A stretch of 61,777 nucleotides of DNA, the filler included, from Chiloscyllium plagiosum (Eukaryota): NCBI RefSeq assembly GCF_004010195.1. It is 3 parts of one record of this genome, joined end to end, with 100 filler letters (N's around TTAATTAATTAA, not from the genome) between each part and the next. Parts side by side here need not be neighbours in the genome. Positions count along the whole stretch, not along the records: positions 1 to 25,336 come from NC_057711.1; 2 more parts are not named here. One strand, 5' to 3'. This document shows, piece after piece, positions 12,161 through 25,436 of the stretch. The notes below the pieces were generated by a model. That model saw nothing but the letters and a program-made list of their open reading frames with translations. It did no database searches and was not told the DNA's origin. The first letter of the stretch is position 1. Each line of letters starts with the position of its first letter. Made by a program: the position numbers and the translations under genes.

Positions 12161-12837
12161 CTTACTCCAGATGTGATCTCCCCTTCTTGACCGTGTGCAT
12201 CTTACTGAGCATGTGCTTTTAACAGGCCCTCAGTTAAAATTGAGCTGAGTTGAGGTGACTCATAATAGTTACGCTCCAACAGTAATCAACACCTAGTGAG
12301 GCCCTATTCAGGCTTCAGGTGGCTGACTGATAACTGTCCCTCAGTCAGCTATGCGATTAAGCTTTGAACTCGACTGCTGAATACTAAACTTCTTAAATAG
12401 AGAAAGAAAAGAAAGATTGACCAGTTTCATTCTCACGTTCTCTCCAAATTCCACAAACTATAAGACCATAAGATATAGGAGTGGAAGTAAGGCCATTCGG
12501 CCCATCGAGTCCACTCCGCATCATTCTGGCTGTATTTCACTCTGAATGTGATCTTTCCTTCTTAACCATGCAAAGCTTACCATAGTTTCTCCTTCTTGTC
12601 ACACAACATAGAAATACCAAGCAAACATAAAGCTGTAGATCATTTTTGCACTTGAGACCCAAAGTCTTACAATGAGACAACATTGTGAACATTTGGCATA
12701 TAGTCGAATCATACACATCCCTCATTAATCGAAAGCAGTTCTTCAAAGTTGAGCATGTTTTTGATATTCCTGAACTCAAACTCCCAAAGCAACTTCTCAG
12801 CTGCTGCACGGCACAGCACAGCACGGCAGCACAGTGG

Positions 12838-13140
12838 GCGGCACGGCAGCACAATGGTTAGCACTGCTGCCTCACAGCACCAGAGACCCGGGTTCAATTC
12901 CCGCCTCAGGCGACTGACTGTGTGGAGTTTGCACGTTCTCCCCGTGTCTGCGTGGGTTTCCTTCGGGTGTTCTGGTTTCCTCCCACGGTCCAAAAGATGT
13001 GCAGGTCAGGTGAATTGGCCATGCTAAATTGTCCATAGTGTTAGGTAAGGGGTAAATGTAGGGATATGGGTGGTTTGCGCTTCGGCGGGTCGGTGTGGAC
13101 TTGTTGGGCCGAAGGGCCTGTTTCAACACTGTAATGTAAT
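12838..13140 (+). mobile_element. HE1-like V-SINE (young)
   Basis: Complete head, V-domain and tail; near-identical to 17740 and 24570 copies. Confidence 0.9.
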
Positions 13141-13449
13141 CAGCTCGGAGTTCAGCTACAGAGAGAGTCTCCCTGGGAGATAGTGGCTCTGTTTTAAGGA
13201 TGTTCTGAAACATCTGGAAGGCCTGGAAACATTCCCCCAACTGATAGGAGACCTTTGTTTGTGGGTGAACAAAGTGGAGATTATCCATTTGGGGCATCGC
13301 CAAAACACATCCATTTTTTTTGTCGGCATCAAGCAAGAGTGAAGTCGTGCTTCAAAAGGAGCACAGAAAATTCCAAAACAACCCATTCACCCAACCTTTC
13401 AGGCATCACCTTCCCAATATGGAGCAGATTGAATTAACAACTGAGACTT

Positions 13450-13925
13450 GAAATGGTTCAGAAAAGATTTACAAGGGCGTGGCCAGGGTTGGAGAATATG
13501 AGCTATATGAAGAGGCTGAACAGGCTGGGGCTGTTTTCACTGGAACTTCGGAGGCTGAAGGGTGACCTTATAGAGGTTTATAAAATCATGAGGGGCATGG
13601 GTAGGATAAATAGACAAGGTCTTTTCCTTGGGGTGTCCAGAACTAGAGGGCATAGGTTTAGGGTGACAGGGGAAAGACATAAAAGGAACCTCAGTGGTAA
13701 CGTTTTCATGCAGAGGGTGGTGCATGAATGAAATGAGCTGCCAGAGGAGTGGTGGTACAATTACAACATTTAAAAGGCACCTGGATGGGGGTATGAACAT
13801 GAAGGGTTTAGATGGATGTGGGCCAAGTGCTGGTAAATGGTAACAGATTAGGTTAGAATATCTGGTCAGCATGGATGAGTTGGACCGAAGGGTCTGTTCC
13901 CGTGTTGTACATCTCTATGACTCTA
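13450..13925 (+). mobile_element. CR1 (HER1-like) 3' end
   Basis: VQKRFTR...RLGLFSLELRRLKGDLIEVYKIMRG; CTCTATGACTCT tail. Confidence 0.9.
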
Positions 13926-14418
13926 ACAGCCACCTCAGAACCCATGGAAATGAAAAGGAAGCTAGTTATCACCCATCTCAAGGATCTGTCTCAGAGGATG
14001 GATACACTTACTCCATAATATCTCCTGAACTTCTGTTCATTGTGCATCAGTGGAATAAATCTACCTCTTCTGAAAAATAGCCAGAAGTGTTCAGCAAAAT
14101 AACTTTTTAGTTCTCTCTCTGCGGACTTTTTCTCACATTAACAAGACATAGAGCAAGATATATACAAAGCTTAACTCATTCAGCCATGGTAGCATGCCTC
14201 CCGATATCTTGCAAGCCTTTTTATTTTAATAATTCCTGGGATGTGGACACTATTGTCTGGGGTAGCATTTATTGCCTGTTCCAAGGTGCCCTTGAGAGGT
14301 TGTTAGTGAGCTTCCTTCTTGAATCACTACATTCTATGTGCTGTGCGTAGACCCACAATGCCATTAGGATCCACAATAGCATTTAAGAAGAAATTCCAGA
14401 TTTTAACTCAATACCGTG

Positions 14419-14710
14419 GGGCGGCACAGTGGTTAGCACTACTGCCTCAGAGCACTAGGGTCCCAGGTTCGATTCCAGCCTTGGGCGACTGCCTGCGTAG
14501 AGTTTGCACATTCTCCCCATGTCTGCTGGGGTTTCCTCCCACTGTCTAAAGATGTACAGGACAGGTGAATTGGCTATGCTAAATTACCCATAGTTTTAGA
14601 TGCATGAGTCAGAGGGGAAACAGGTCTGGGCGAGTTGCTCTTCAGAGGGTCGGTATGAACTGGTTGGGCCAAAGGGCCTGTTTTCACACTGTGGGGAATC
14701 CAATCTAATC
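14419..14710 (+). mobile_element. HE1-like V-SINE
   Basis: A/B boxes, V-domain, tail. Confidence 0.85.
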
Positions 14711-15582
14711 AAAACCACAAAAGGAACAACAATACATTTCCAAGTCAGGATGGTGAGTAGTGCGCAAGTGAACCTGTAGAGGCATCTGCTGCCATGGCCT
14801 TCTAGATGGAAGTGTTCGTGCATCAGGAAGGTGTTTCCTGAGGATCTTTGGTGAATTTCTGCAGTACATCTTGTAGATAGTACACACACTGAAGCTACTG
14901 TGTCAATGGTGGAAGTGTGTGAATGTGGTGCCAATCAAACAGGTTGCTTTGTTTCAGTTGGTGTCAAGTTTCTTGAATGCTGTTGGAGTTGCACCTATCC
15001 ACACTGATGCGGAGTGTTCCATTACACTCCTGACTTCTATCTTGTTGGTCCTGGACAGGGTCTGGGGAGTTACTCACGCAACAACTCCGAACCTCTGACC
15101 ATGAGTTGCGCTGGTGATGAAGTAAACTCGGACAAACAATGCTTCACATAAAAGCATCATTTCCCCCAAGATGAATTCCAGCAATGCAGGATACAATGTG
15201 TTGCCAAGTCATGACATGCTATAATCAACTTGTCACCATTTGTAGCATCTGAGACAACACATTGTCAGAAACATTAATCGTTACAATGAAATATGTTTTA
15301 ATCTACCGTATTCCTCTGTCTTTGGCAGTGAAATAGGATCTGATATTACTTCCAGTCAAAGGCCTTGAAACTGCAGAAACTGAAATTGTTCTCCTTAGGG
15401 CAGAGAAGATAAAGGGAGATTTATTGGAGGTCTCAAAGTTATAAGTAGTTTCATCGCAGTGCATGGGGTGAACGTGTAGCGATTGGCAGAAGTGTTGGCA
15501 AGGAAAGGAAACAAGCTGAAAAAGATGGGAAGCAACAGTGGGCGGTTGATGAGAAAAGTATTTTTTGTTTCTTTTTAATCAC

Positions 15583-15875
15583 AGGTGGCACAGTGGCTCA
15601 CAGCGCCAGGGACCCAAGTTCGATTCCCACCTTGGACGACTGCCTATGAGATTCTCCCCGTGTCTGATTGGGTTTCCTCCGGGTGCTCTGGTTTCCTCCC
15701 ACAATCCAAAGATGTGCAAGTCAAGTGAATTGGCCATGCTAAATTGCCCATAGTGTTAGGTACTTTAGTCAGAGGTAAATGTAGGGGAACAGGCCTGTGT
15801 GGGTTATTCTTTAGAGGGTCGGTGTGGACCTGTTGGGCCAAAGGGCTTGTTTCCTTAATGTAGGGAATCTAATCA
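15583..15875 (+). mobile_element. HE1-like V-SINE
   Basis: B box, V-domain, tail. Confidence 0.85.
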
Positions 15876-17739
15876 TTCATGAGACATGGGCGTCGCTGCC
15901 AGGCCATCATTTATTGCCCATCCTTCGTTGCCCTTAAACAACATGTTGTGATGATTTGAAAACCATTCTCTGAGAGGGTGGGGAGGAGATTCAATGGCTT
16001 CTTTTGAAAGACAATTGGGCATAAAGAGAGAATAAATAATAGGGAGGATTCAGTGGGACTTCTTAGAACTCTCATTGAAAGGGCTAGCACAAAAGAATTG
16101 GGCTGAATAATTGTTGGCCTATGATTTTGAGGAAGCTGGTTCCTTCTTCCCACTCCTTTGTTCCACAGGTATTCACCGCCAAATTGGCTTACCCTTATAT
16201 ATCGTTTTGTCTGCTTAACTACCTTTCTTTTTCTCTGGTCTCTGTCTCCATCTGGTACATACAATACCACGTATACCTTATGCCCGAAACATCGATTCTC
16301 CTGTTCCCTGGATGCTGCCTGACATGCTGCGATGTTCCAGCAACACATTTTCAGCTCTGATCTTCAGCATCTGCAGACCTCACTCTCTCCTCTCCACCCT
16401 ATGCCCAACCTCTGTTATTCTACATTTTCCTAGCTACCACAGGTCATTGAACCTGAAACATTGCCTCTCCACAGGCACTGCCAGACCTGCTGAGCTTCTT
16501 CAAATACTTCTATTTTTGCTTCAGACTTTCAGCTCCGGAGTTCTTTGCTTTATTTTACTCATTTTCTAAATCCATGAACCTTTCAGGTCTGAGTTTCTAT
16601 CCAATTCTTTTGGTGATGCTTCCTAATTATACATCTGAACTGAGAGAGTTACGCGGATATCTGCAGCAATGCTGACAGTCCCAAGTGTACTGAGCTCACA
16701 ATTGCTTGTCAGGACTGCTGGATTTAAGCACTAGATGTGAAGCTGTTCACCATGAGATATAATGGCAAATGCTTGGCTTGGGAATGTTTCTAGCACTAAA
16801 TCCAGTCAATTAACACAATCGTATTACAACATTAACATCAAAGAAACAATTAGATTGCATGGTGCGCGCCGTTGGGTCATTTACACAGTAAGTCTTTACC
16901 GGACAAATAGCTCAAGATAAGTAGCATTAATCTTCAATGAGGAGAGATTTATCTTGGCCAGGATTGAGCTATTCTGAAATAAAACCAGAAAGCACTGTAG
17001 AAACACAGCATGGGGTAGAGATAGAGTAGACAGGAGAAATCTGTTTACCTTAGCAAAGAGTTCCAAGACAAGGGGTCAGAGATTCGCACTCAGTGGCAGA
17101 CAGACTAGAGGGACATGAGGAAAAACATTTTTACACAGATGTTGGTGGGTGTCTGGAATTCATTCCCTGAGTTGGGTGGTGAAGGCAAAAACCCTAAACT
17201 TTTTAAAGGTATCTGGATCTGTACCTTAAGTGCTGCAAGCTATGGGCCATGTGCAGGAAGATGGGATTAGAAGGGATATCTGGGTCCTATTCACTCACGT
17301 TGCTGGCTAGGGCAGCATTTATTCCCCATCCCGAAATGCCAGCAAGCAGTTTAGAGTCAACCACATTGCTGTGGGTCTGGAGTCACATGGAAGCTGGACC
17401 AGCTAAGGATGGCAGTTTCCTTCCCTAAAGGGCATTAGTGAACCTGAAGGGGTTGGGTCAGCATGGACAAGCTGGGTCACATGGTCACCTTCTGTGCCAT
17501 ATCGTTTCTATGGTTCTATGTTCGACATCTGGCAGTATCATTGAGAGTGAACCCTAGTTAACATTTCCATTATAACTTTTCTTCAGAAGTGAAAGGAGCT
17601 GGAAAATAGTCATTTTTATGCTGTTGATTGAGGAGAAGAAGTGACGGGGACAGATAGTGAGGGTGCCCTCAGCGTAAGATAAAGGGCGTGTGAATAGTGG
17701 TAAACATTTGTGGCAAAAGTGATGATAGTTGACAATCAT

Positions 17740-18033
17740 GGTGGCACAGTGGTTAGCACTGCTGCTTCACAGCGTCAGAGACCCGGGTTCAATTCCCGCC
17801 TCAGGTGACTGACTGTGTGGAGTTTGCACGTTCTCCCCGTGTCTGCGTGGGTTTCCTCCGGGTGCTCCGGGTCCAAAGATGTGCAGGTCAGGTGAATTGG
17901 CCATGCTAAATTGCCCGTAGTGTTAGGTAAGGGGTAAATGTAGGGGTATGGGTGGGTTGCGCTTCGGCGGGTCGGTGTGGACTTGTTGGGCCGAAGGGCC
18001 TGTTTCCACACTGTAATGTAATCTAATCTAATC
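17740..18033 (+). mobile_element. HE1-like V-SINE (young)
   Basis: A/B boxes, V-domain, (ATCTA)n tail. Confidence 0.9.
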
Positions 18034-18640
18034 TGTCCTGGATTTCCCACATAAATGTGATGGTCAAGAAAGCACAACAGCACCACTTCTTCCTCAGGGG
18101 ACTAAGGGCATTCGACATGTCCATAAGGACTCTCACCAACTTTTACAGATGCACCTTAGAAAGCAAACTGTCTGGGTGCATAATTACCTGGTACAGCAAT
18201 GCTCTGCCCAGGACTGTAGGTTGTGTGCACAGCCCAGTTAATCACAAAGGCCAATCTTCCATCCATAGACTTCATTTACATGGCTTGCTGCCACCGGAAG
18301 GCTGCCAACACCATTAAAGTCCCATTGCACCCTGGTAATGATCTCTTACAACTTCTTCTGTCAGGCAGAAGGTACTAAAACCTTAACACATGCAACAGCA
18401 GATTCAGGAATGGCTTCTTCCTGGCTGTTATTCGACTGATGAATGGACTCTCCAGCCTTGAATAATACTGACCTTGCTAACGATGATCTCGCCGAGCATA
18501 CACCCTGCGCAAGATAAGCTGTATGCCTCTATCTAAGTGTCTTTGATCGGTGCATCCTTGCTTTCTGTGATCTTCCTCTACCGCTCATAAACAAAACTTT
18601 TCACTGCACTTCGGTACACGTGACAATAGATTAATTAAGC
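18034..18640 (+). mobile_element. Rex1/Babar-type LINE 3' end
   Basis: KKAQQHHFFLRGLRAF...TLTNFYRCTLESKLSGCIITWYSN; 3' terminus CGGTACACGTGACAATA. Confidence 0.8.
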
Positions 18641-19456
18641 AAAAGAATGATAGAGTTGAAAAATAGGTGTGAATGGTCAGTGTGAAAAGAAGATAATTGC
18701 TGAGAGTGAAGATTTAATAAGGCCTGAACAACAAACAGCCAGGGACATGAGGAGGTGGGAATGTAATAAAAATAGAGGCATCATTCTCTGAACTTGTCGA
18801 CCTCAACATTAAAACAAAAAACAATTGCTGGAGAAACTCAGACGTTTGGTGACATATGTGGAGAAAAAGCAGAGGACATAAGAACATAAGATCTAGGAGC
18901 AGGAGTAGGCTATCTGGCCCATCGAGCCTGCTCCACCATTCAATAAGATCATGGCTGATCTCTTTGTGGCCTCAACTCCACTTACCTGCTCTCTCACCGT
19001 AACCCTTAATTCCTTTATTTAAAAAAAAAACGACCTTAGCTTTAAAAACATTTACTGAAGTAATGTCAACCACTTCGCTGGGTAAGGAATTCCATAGATT
19101 CACAGCTCTCTGGGTGAAGAAATTCCTTCTCAATTCTGCCCTACATTTGCTCCCAATTATAAATAACCTCCCTTCTCATTCCCCCGAATCCCTTCCCAGC
19201 TCCTCCCCCTCCCTTACACTCCTCCCTGCCACCAACTGGATTCATTCCTCCCATTGACTAACCAGGTCATACCCACTACCTGTCTTCACCTATCCCCACC
19301 TCACCATTCAGCAGCCACCACAGCCTTTATTTGCAGCTCTCCCTCGACTCACCCTGAGACCTGAAGAAGGGTTACACACGAAACGTCGACATCTCCACAA
19401 TACCACCCATTTTAGTTTCATCAACAAACTTACTAATCCTGCTTTGTACATTCTCT

Positions 19457-19741
19457 TAGATTCCCTACAGTGTGGAAACAGGCACTTCAGCCCAACACTG
19501 ACCCTCCGAAGAACAACCCACCCAGACCCATTCCTTTACATTTACCCTGCACCTAACAATATGGGCAATTTAGCATGGCCAATTCAGCTGACCTGCACAT
19601 CTTTAGATTGTGGGAGGAAACCCGGGCAGACATGGGGAGAATGTGCAAACTCCACACAGACAGCTGCCCGAGGCAGGAATTGAACCCGGGTCACTGGCGC
19701 TGTGAGGCAGCAGTGCTAACCACTGAGTCACCGTGCCACCC
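19457..19741 (-). mobile_element. HE1-like V-SINE
   Basis: Reverse complement of head, V-domain and tail. Confidence 0.9.
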
Positions 19742-20239
19742 CAAGGGTGCTTTCATCCAAATCGTCCCCAAGATATCACCATTAATCTCTCAAAGTTCCC
19801 AAGTCTTCATGTCTTTCTCCACAGTAAACACAGAGGAGAAATATTCATTGAGGACCTCGCCCATATCCTGCGGTTCTATACATACATATTCACCTTGGTC
19901 CTTGAGGGGTCCTATTCTCTCTCTAGTTATTCTTTTTCCTTAAATATACATAAAGGACCTCTTTAGAATCACCCTAATCTTCTCAGCCAAGGCTATCTTG
20001 TGCCCCCTTTTCACCCTCCTGATTTCCTTCTTCAGTAATTCCTGTATCCCCTATATATCTCCAGGGATTCCCTTGATCTGAGCTGCCTGTATCTGAGCTG
20101 TCCCTCCTTTTTTTTTCTGGTCAAAGCCTCTGTATCTCAAAATCTGAAGCAAATAAACAGAATGCTGGAGTAACTCAACAGGTCTGGCAGTATCTTCAGA
20201 GTTATTTTGAAGAAGACATGCCAGACTTAAAGCATTACA

Positions 20240-20560
20240 TAGAATCCATACAGTGGGGAAACAGGTCATTTTGCCCAACAAGTCCACACTGACCCTCCAA
20301 ACAGAAACACACCCAGACCCATTCCCCTACATTTCCCCTGACTAATACAGCTAACCCACACATTCCTGAACACTGTGGGCAATTTAACATGGCCAATTCA
20401 CCCTTACCTGCACATCTTTAGACTGTGACAGGAAACCAAAGCACCTGCACACAGAGATGGGGAGAATGTGCAAACTTCACGCAAACAGTCACCCAAGGCT
20501 GGAATTGAACCCAGCTCCATGATGCTGTGAGACAGCAGTACTGACCACTGAGCCACAGTG
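20240..20560 (-). mobile_element. HE1-like V-SINE inserted in the centre of a family C fold-back element (20140-20630)
   Basis: SINE reverse complement flanked by GAATGCTGGAG.. and ..CTCCAGCATTC arms. Confidence 0.8.
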
Positions 20561-20899
20561 CTAACTCTGTATCGCTTCACAAATCCTGCCAGATTTGTTG
20601 TGTTTCTCCAGCATTCCCTTTGTTTGTTCCTAAAGTGTCTACTTATCTGGTTCTTACAGTTTTGATTAGAATATGGAGACAATTCTATCAATTCTTTCTT
20701 AGTCTGCCAACATGACCTTTTTCACAAAACTGAGCGATTAAACTTTCTCAGTTCTAATAACCTTCAGATTTCTAAATAAAGTCTCTTGGTTTAGAAGGTT
20801 AACATATTAAACTCTTCTGCTGATATTGTTTGTTCCCTGCACTGCCCTAAACTCTTTCTAGGAGAGTTTCTAAACATGCTTCAAAACTCAACCCTGGGA

Positions 20900-21235
20900 G
20901 TCTTATGGACCCAGCTAAATAAAATATGCTGGAACCTAGATTCATCTGAACTGAAAATAAACCTAATGACCTTAAATCTTAACCATACTTGTTCCAAACC
21001 AAAAACATAAACATGTTTTCCATTTAACTACACGTATAGAGTCACCTGGTTTCAGACAATTGCAGGATTTGAGGCATTTTTCCTGATGAATGCTGTGACC
21101 TTGTCTTTTATTAAAAGAAAATCCTTTACAGAAGTAACCAACACCTATCTTAAAATCAAAATGCCAAATGATTGATAGATGTTTCATAACAAATGCAATA
21201 CGTGGAAGGTCATGAGGAGATGTTAAGCACATCTA
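20900..21235 (-). mobile_element. Ancient Gypsy integrase C-terminal fossil (copy 1)
   Basis: ORF 20972-21232 contains LKPGDSIRV; homologous to 22760-23022 plus 24030-24105 in opposite orientation. Confidence 0.45.
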
Positions 21236-21364
21236 AAACTGACATTAATGATTTCATTGAACTAAAAGAATCAAAGGAAATGACAGGAAAGTGGAGTTGA
21301 GGAAGAAGGTCATCAATGATCCCATTGGATGGTGAAATAGGTTCCAGGGACTGAATGGAAAAGT

Positions 21365-21855
21365 GTCACTCCACCACTCTCCCCAAGGACATGCAAGTCC
21401 TGAGCCTCCTCTACCACCAAATCCAAGCCATTTGAAGACTGGAGTGGCTCATTTTCTGCCTTGGGACCCTCCAAACACATGGCATCAAAGTCGATTTCAC
21501 CAGTTTCCTCATCTCTCCACCTCCACCTCATCCCAGATCCAATCCTCCAACACGGCACCGCCCTCTTGACCTGTCCTGTCCTGTCTATCTTTCTTCCCAC
21601 GTATCTGCTCCATCCTCCCCACCAACCTATTACAAGCATCCCCCATCTGCATCCACCTATCACCTTCCTAACTACCTTCCCCCCATCCCCTCCTATTTAT
21701 CTCTCTGTCCCCTTCCTCCTCCCACATACCTGATGAAGGGATTATGCCCAAAATGTTGATTCTACTGCTCCTCGGATGCTGCCTGATCTGCTTAGCTTTT
21801 CCGGCGCCACACTCTCCGACTCTGATCTCCAGCATCTGCAGTCGTCATTTTTTCC
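21365..21855 (+). mobile_element. Penelope-like element 3' end (GIY-YIG C-terminus + pLTR)
   Basis: Homologous to 25580-25815 (HS.KDMQVL.L...LGTLQ.HGI..DF), followed by C-rich UTR and degenerate CTGATGAAGGGATTATGCCC. Confidence 0.8.
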
Positions 21856-22759
21856 AGGGACTGAGTGGCCCTACTCTTGCACCTATTTCTTATGTTATCA
21901 TTGATAATAAACCCAGAGAGAAAGAAACATTTATGAGGAAGTATCTACTTTAGTCCCAGAATAAGGGATTAGATATTTTGGTTCAAGTTAAAGAAGAATT
22001 TGTCCTGAAACACTAGAATTTTTTTTTAATTCAGAAGGATATTTGTTTGTTGAATACATTCAAAACTGAGATCAATAGATTTTTGGGCACTTAAGTAATT
22101 GAGGGAGATAATGATGATGGCATATTGACAAAGTCAGTAGACTGTAATCTAGAGGACCCAAACAAATTCTCATGGGTCATGGATTCAAAATTAACCATGG
22201 CAGCTGGCTAAGTTCAAGGCTATGTTGACTGACACTCAGGACCATGAAATAAAGAATGATTGTTTTTAAAAATCTATCAAAATAGAAAAATACATAAATG
22301 TACAAAAAGCAAAAGTTAAATAACACAGTTCTTTTTAAAAATTCTGAAAATAGGTTTTGTCTTGTGCACCCATTTGTGTATGCGCATTTTAAAAAGTAAT
22401 TGGAAGTGAAAATGTACAGTCAGAATTTATCTTCAGGTAGTTGGTGTCACTTTCTCTGCTCATTTAATAAACAAGTAATTATTTTTTAATCAATAAATAC
22501 AGTCTCGGTTTGGTGATCATGAGACTACGATTAATGTTTTTTATAAATAAGAATAGCCTCAGTTTGGTGATAATGAGATGACCATCTTGATAGTAAATAT
22601 CCAACTAACGGCCTTTTGAAAAAGAAATCAGTCAACCTTTCTGTCTTGGCTATGTATGATGCTTATATGTAAGAAGTCTGACAAAGTTTCATCAAGAATT
22701 CCAACAACTCTTCTAGTCTCTTATGATTTTGATTTCAAAGCTTCATCTTCATTACTTCC

Positions 22760-24105
22760 CACTTATCACCTCCCGCACGCTGATTCAATTTCTTTTGTAA
22801 TGAAACATGCGCAAGTATCAATCTTCTGGCATTATGATTTCAAAATAGGTGTTGGTTACCTTTGTAAAGGGTTTTTCTTTAATAATAAAAGACAAGGTCA
22901 GTGCATTCATTTGGAACAGTGCCTTAAATCCTGCAATTATCAGAAAACAGGTAACTGTAACTTGTGTGGTTTAATGGAAAACATGCTCACATTGTTGGGT
23001 TTGGATCAGGTAAATATTTAAGGTTCCCCACGGGATCAAGGTCAGATCTCATGGAATACAGGGAGAACTAGCCATTTGGATACAGAACTGGCTCAAAGGT
23101 AGAAGACAGAGGCTGGTGGTGGAGAGTTGTTTTTCAGACGAGAGGCCTGTGACCAGTGGATTGCCACAAGGATCAGTGCTGGGTCCACTACTTTTCATCA
23201 TTTATGTAAATGGTTTGGATGTGAGCATAAGAGGTACAGTTAGTAAGTTTGCAGATGACACCAAAATTGGAGGTGTAGTGGACAGCGAAGAAGGTGACCT
23301 CAGACTTCGACAGTTCTTGATCAGATAGGTCAATGGGCTGAGAAGTGGCAGATGGAGTTTAATNNNNNNNNNNNNNNNNNNNNNNNNNNNNNNNNNNNNN
23401 NNNNNNNNNNNNNNNNNNNNNNNNNNNNNNNNNNNNNNNNNNNNNNNNNNNNNNNNNNNNNNNNNNNNNNNNNNNNNNNNNNNNNNNNNNNNNNNNNNNN
23501 NNNNNNNNNNNNNNNNNNNNNNNNNNNNNNNNNNNNNNNNNNNNNNNNNNNNNNNNNNNNNNNNNNNNNNNNNNNNNNNNNNNNNNNNNNNNNNNNNNNN
23601 NNNNNNNNNNNNNNNNNNNNNNNNNNNNNNNNNNNNNNNNNNNNNNNNNNNNNNNNNNNNNNNNNNNNNNNNNNNNNNNNNNNNNNNNNNNNNNNNNNNN
23701 NNNNNNNNNNAGTCTTTTCCCTGGGGTCGGGGAGTTCAGAACTAGAGGGCATAGGTTTAGGGTGAGAGGGGAAAGATATAAAAGGGACCTAAGGGGCAAC
23801 GTTTTCATGCAGAGGGTAGTACATGTATAGAATGAGCTGCCAGAGGAAGTGGTGGAGGCTGGTACAATTGCAACATTTAAAAGACATCTGGATGGGTATA
23901 TGAATAGGAAGAGTTTGGAGAATTATGGGCCGGGTGCTGGCAGGTGGGACTAAATTGGGTTGGGATATCTGGTTGGCAGGGACAAGTTGAACTGAAGGGT
24001 CTGTTTTTGTGCTGTACATCTCTATGACTTTATTAGGTTTATTTTGAGTTCAGATGAATCTAGGATCAAGCACATTTCATTTAACTAGATCCAGAAGACA
24101 CCATG
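22760..24105 (+). mobile_element. Ancient Gypsy integrase C-terminal fossil (copy 2), split by CR1 insertion
   Basis: Similarity to copy 1 stops at ~23022 and resumes at ~24030. Confidence 0.45.
23024..24030 (+). mobile_element. CR1 (HER1-like) RT to 3' end, spans N gap 23364-23710
   Basis: SGLPQGSVLGPLLFIIY...SKFADDTKIGG; CTCTATGACT tail. Confidence 0.9.
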
Positions 24106-24114
24106 TTTATCCAT

Positions 24115-24400
24115 TTAATATGTAGAGGTCATAAATGAAATTATCTATTGATTCTCACAGAAACTGAAATCCTCTGTTAAATCTCACTTGTTCCATAATT
24201 ACCTGTCCTCAAATTGAAGTAATTATCAACAGATTTTAGGACACCTTCAAATGTGATTCTACACTCTTTGATGTTTTAGATATTAATAACATCATCTGAA
24301 ATTGGACCCATTGAATATTATAGTGTATCAACTTGCTCATCATTATTCTTAATGTTAAATTTTGAGGCCATGCCACGTCTTAAGAACTGCCAGTTTCATG
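24115..24400 (-). mobile_element. Ancient Gypsy gag fossil
   Basis: Manual translation with stops/frameshifts: DEQVDTL*YSMGPISDDVI...TFEGVLKSVDNYFNLR..IMEQVRFNR..ESIDNFIYDLY. Confidence 0.65.
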
Positions 24401-24569
24401 AATTCCAATCTTGTCATCTCTCTTGTCCTTCTCTGACCTTGAATCGTCTGGGAAGCATTAAATCTGATTTCCATTTCTCTCAGTGTATTGATTAATCTTA
24501 TTATTGTAAAGGTATTTCAATACTGCATCATTTGAATATTGCTGTTATTTAAGCATGTTTTCTTAAGTC

Positions 24570-24909
24570 TTAGATTAGATTAGATTACTTTTTTTTAGAT
24601 TAGATTACTTACAGTGTGGAAACAGGCCCTTCGGCCCAACAAGTCCACACCGACCCGCCGAAGCGCAACCCACCCATACCCCTACATCCACCCCTTTAAC
24701 CTAACACTACGGGCAATTTAGCATGGCCAATTCACCTGACCCGCACATCTTTGGACTGTGGGAGGAAACCGGAGCACCCGGAGGAAACCCACGCAGACAC
24801 GGGGAGAATGTGCAAACTCCACACAGTCAGTCGCCTGAGTCGGGAATTGAACCCGGGTCTACAGGCGCTGTGAGGCAGCAGTGCTAACCACTGGGCCACC
24901 GTGCCGCCC
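24570..24909 (-). mobile_element. HE1-like V-SINE (young, full length)
   Basis: Complete reverse-complement consensus with (TAGAT)n tail. Confidence 0.92.
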
Positions 24910-25336
24910 ACCAAGTCCACCAGTATTGTTTGAAAGGTTTGACTGTAGAGCTTGCTAGACTCAGTCACATAGCTATATTGTAGCCCAGGGGCAAATTACT
25001 GTAGATGTTGGAACCTGTACTGAAAAGCAAAAATGCTGGAGATCACAGCGATTCAGGATGCATCCATGGAGAGGCAGCAAGCTAACGTTCTGAGTCCAGA
25101 TTGCTCTTCATCTCAATGAACTAAACTGTTGGGGGGAGGTGGCATTTAGGCAGGAGAAGGGCATAGGTGGGTGGTTAGAGTGCTGGGGGAGAAAGGGTGT
25201 TGATAATTCAGGTTAAGTGATCAGAATGTGAGAATGGCAGAACAATGGTGTAGGTAAAACAATGACTGCGGATGCTGGAAACCAGATTCTGGATTAGTGG
25301 TGCTGGAAGAGCACAGCAGTTCAGGCAGCATCCGAG

Positions 25337-25436
25337 NNNNNNNNNNNNNNNNNNNNNNNNNNNNNNNNNNNNNNNNNNNNTTAATTAATTAANNNNNNNN
25401 NNNNNNNNNNNNNNNNNNNNNNNNNNNNNNNNNNNN
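25337..25436. other. Artificial 100-bp scaffold gap (N44-TTAATTAATTAA-N44)
   Basis: Identical construct at 57240-57339; linker has stops in all six frames. Confidence 0.9.

Noticed and set aside
12803..12850. Short GCAC(A/G)G repeats resembling a repeat array
   Set aside because: Stutter of the SINE 5' head; no spacer structure, so not CRISPR, and the DNA is eukaryotic.
22656..23021. Cys-rich ORF pair (with 20972-21232) suggesting a duplicated small host gene
   Set aside because: No splice or start context; better explained as inverted retroelement fossils.
25381..25392. Palindromic TTAATTAATTAA, also at 57284-57295
   Set aside because: Centred in identical 100-bp N blocks; an assembly linker, not biology.
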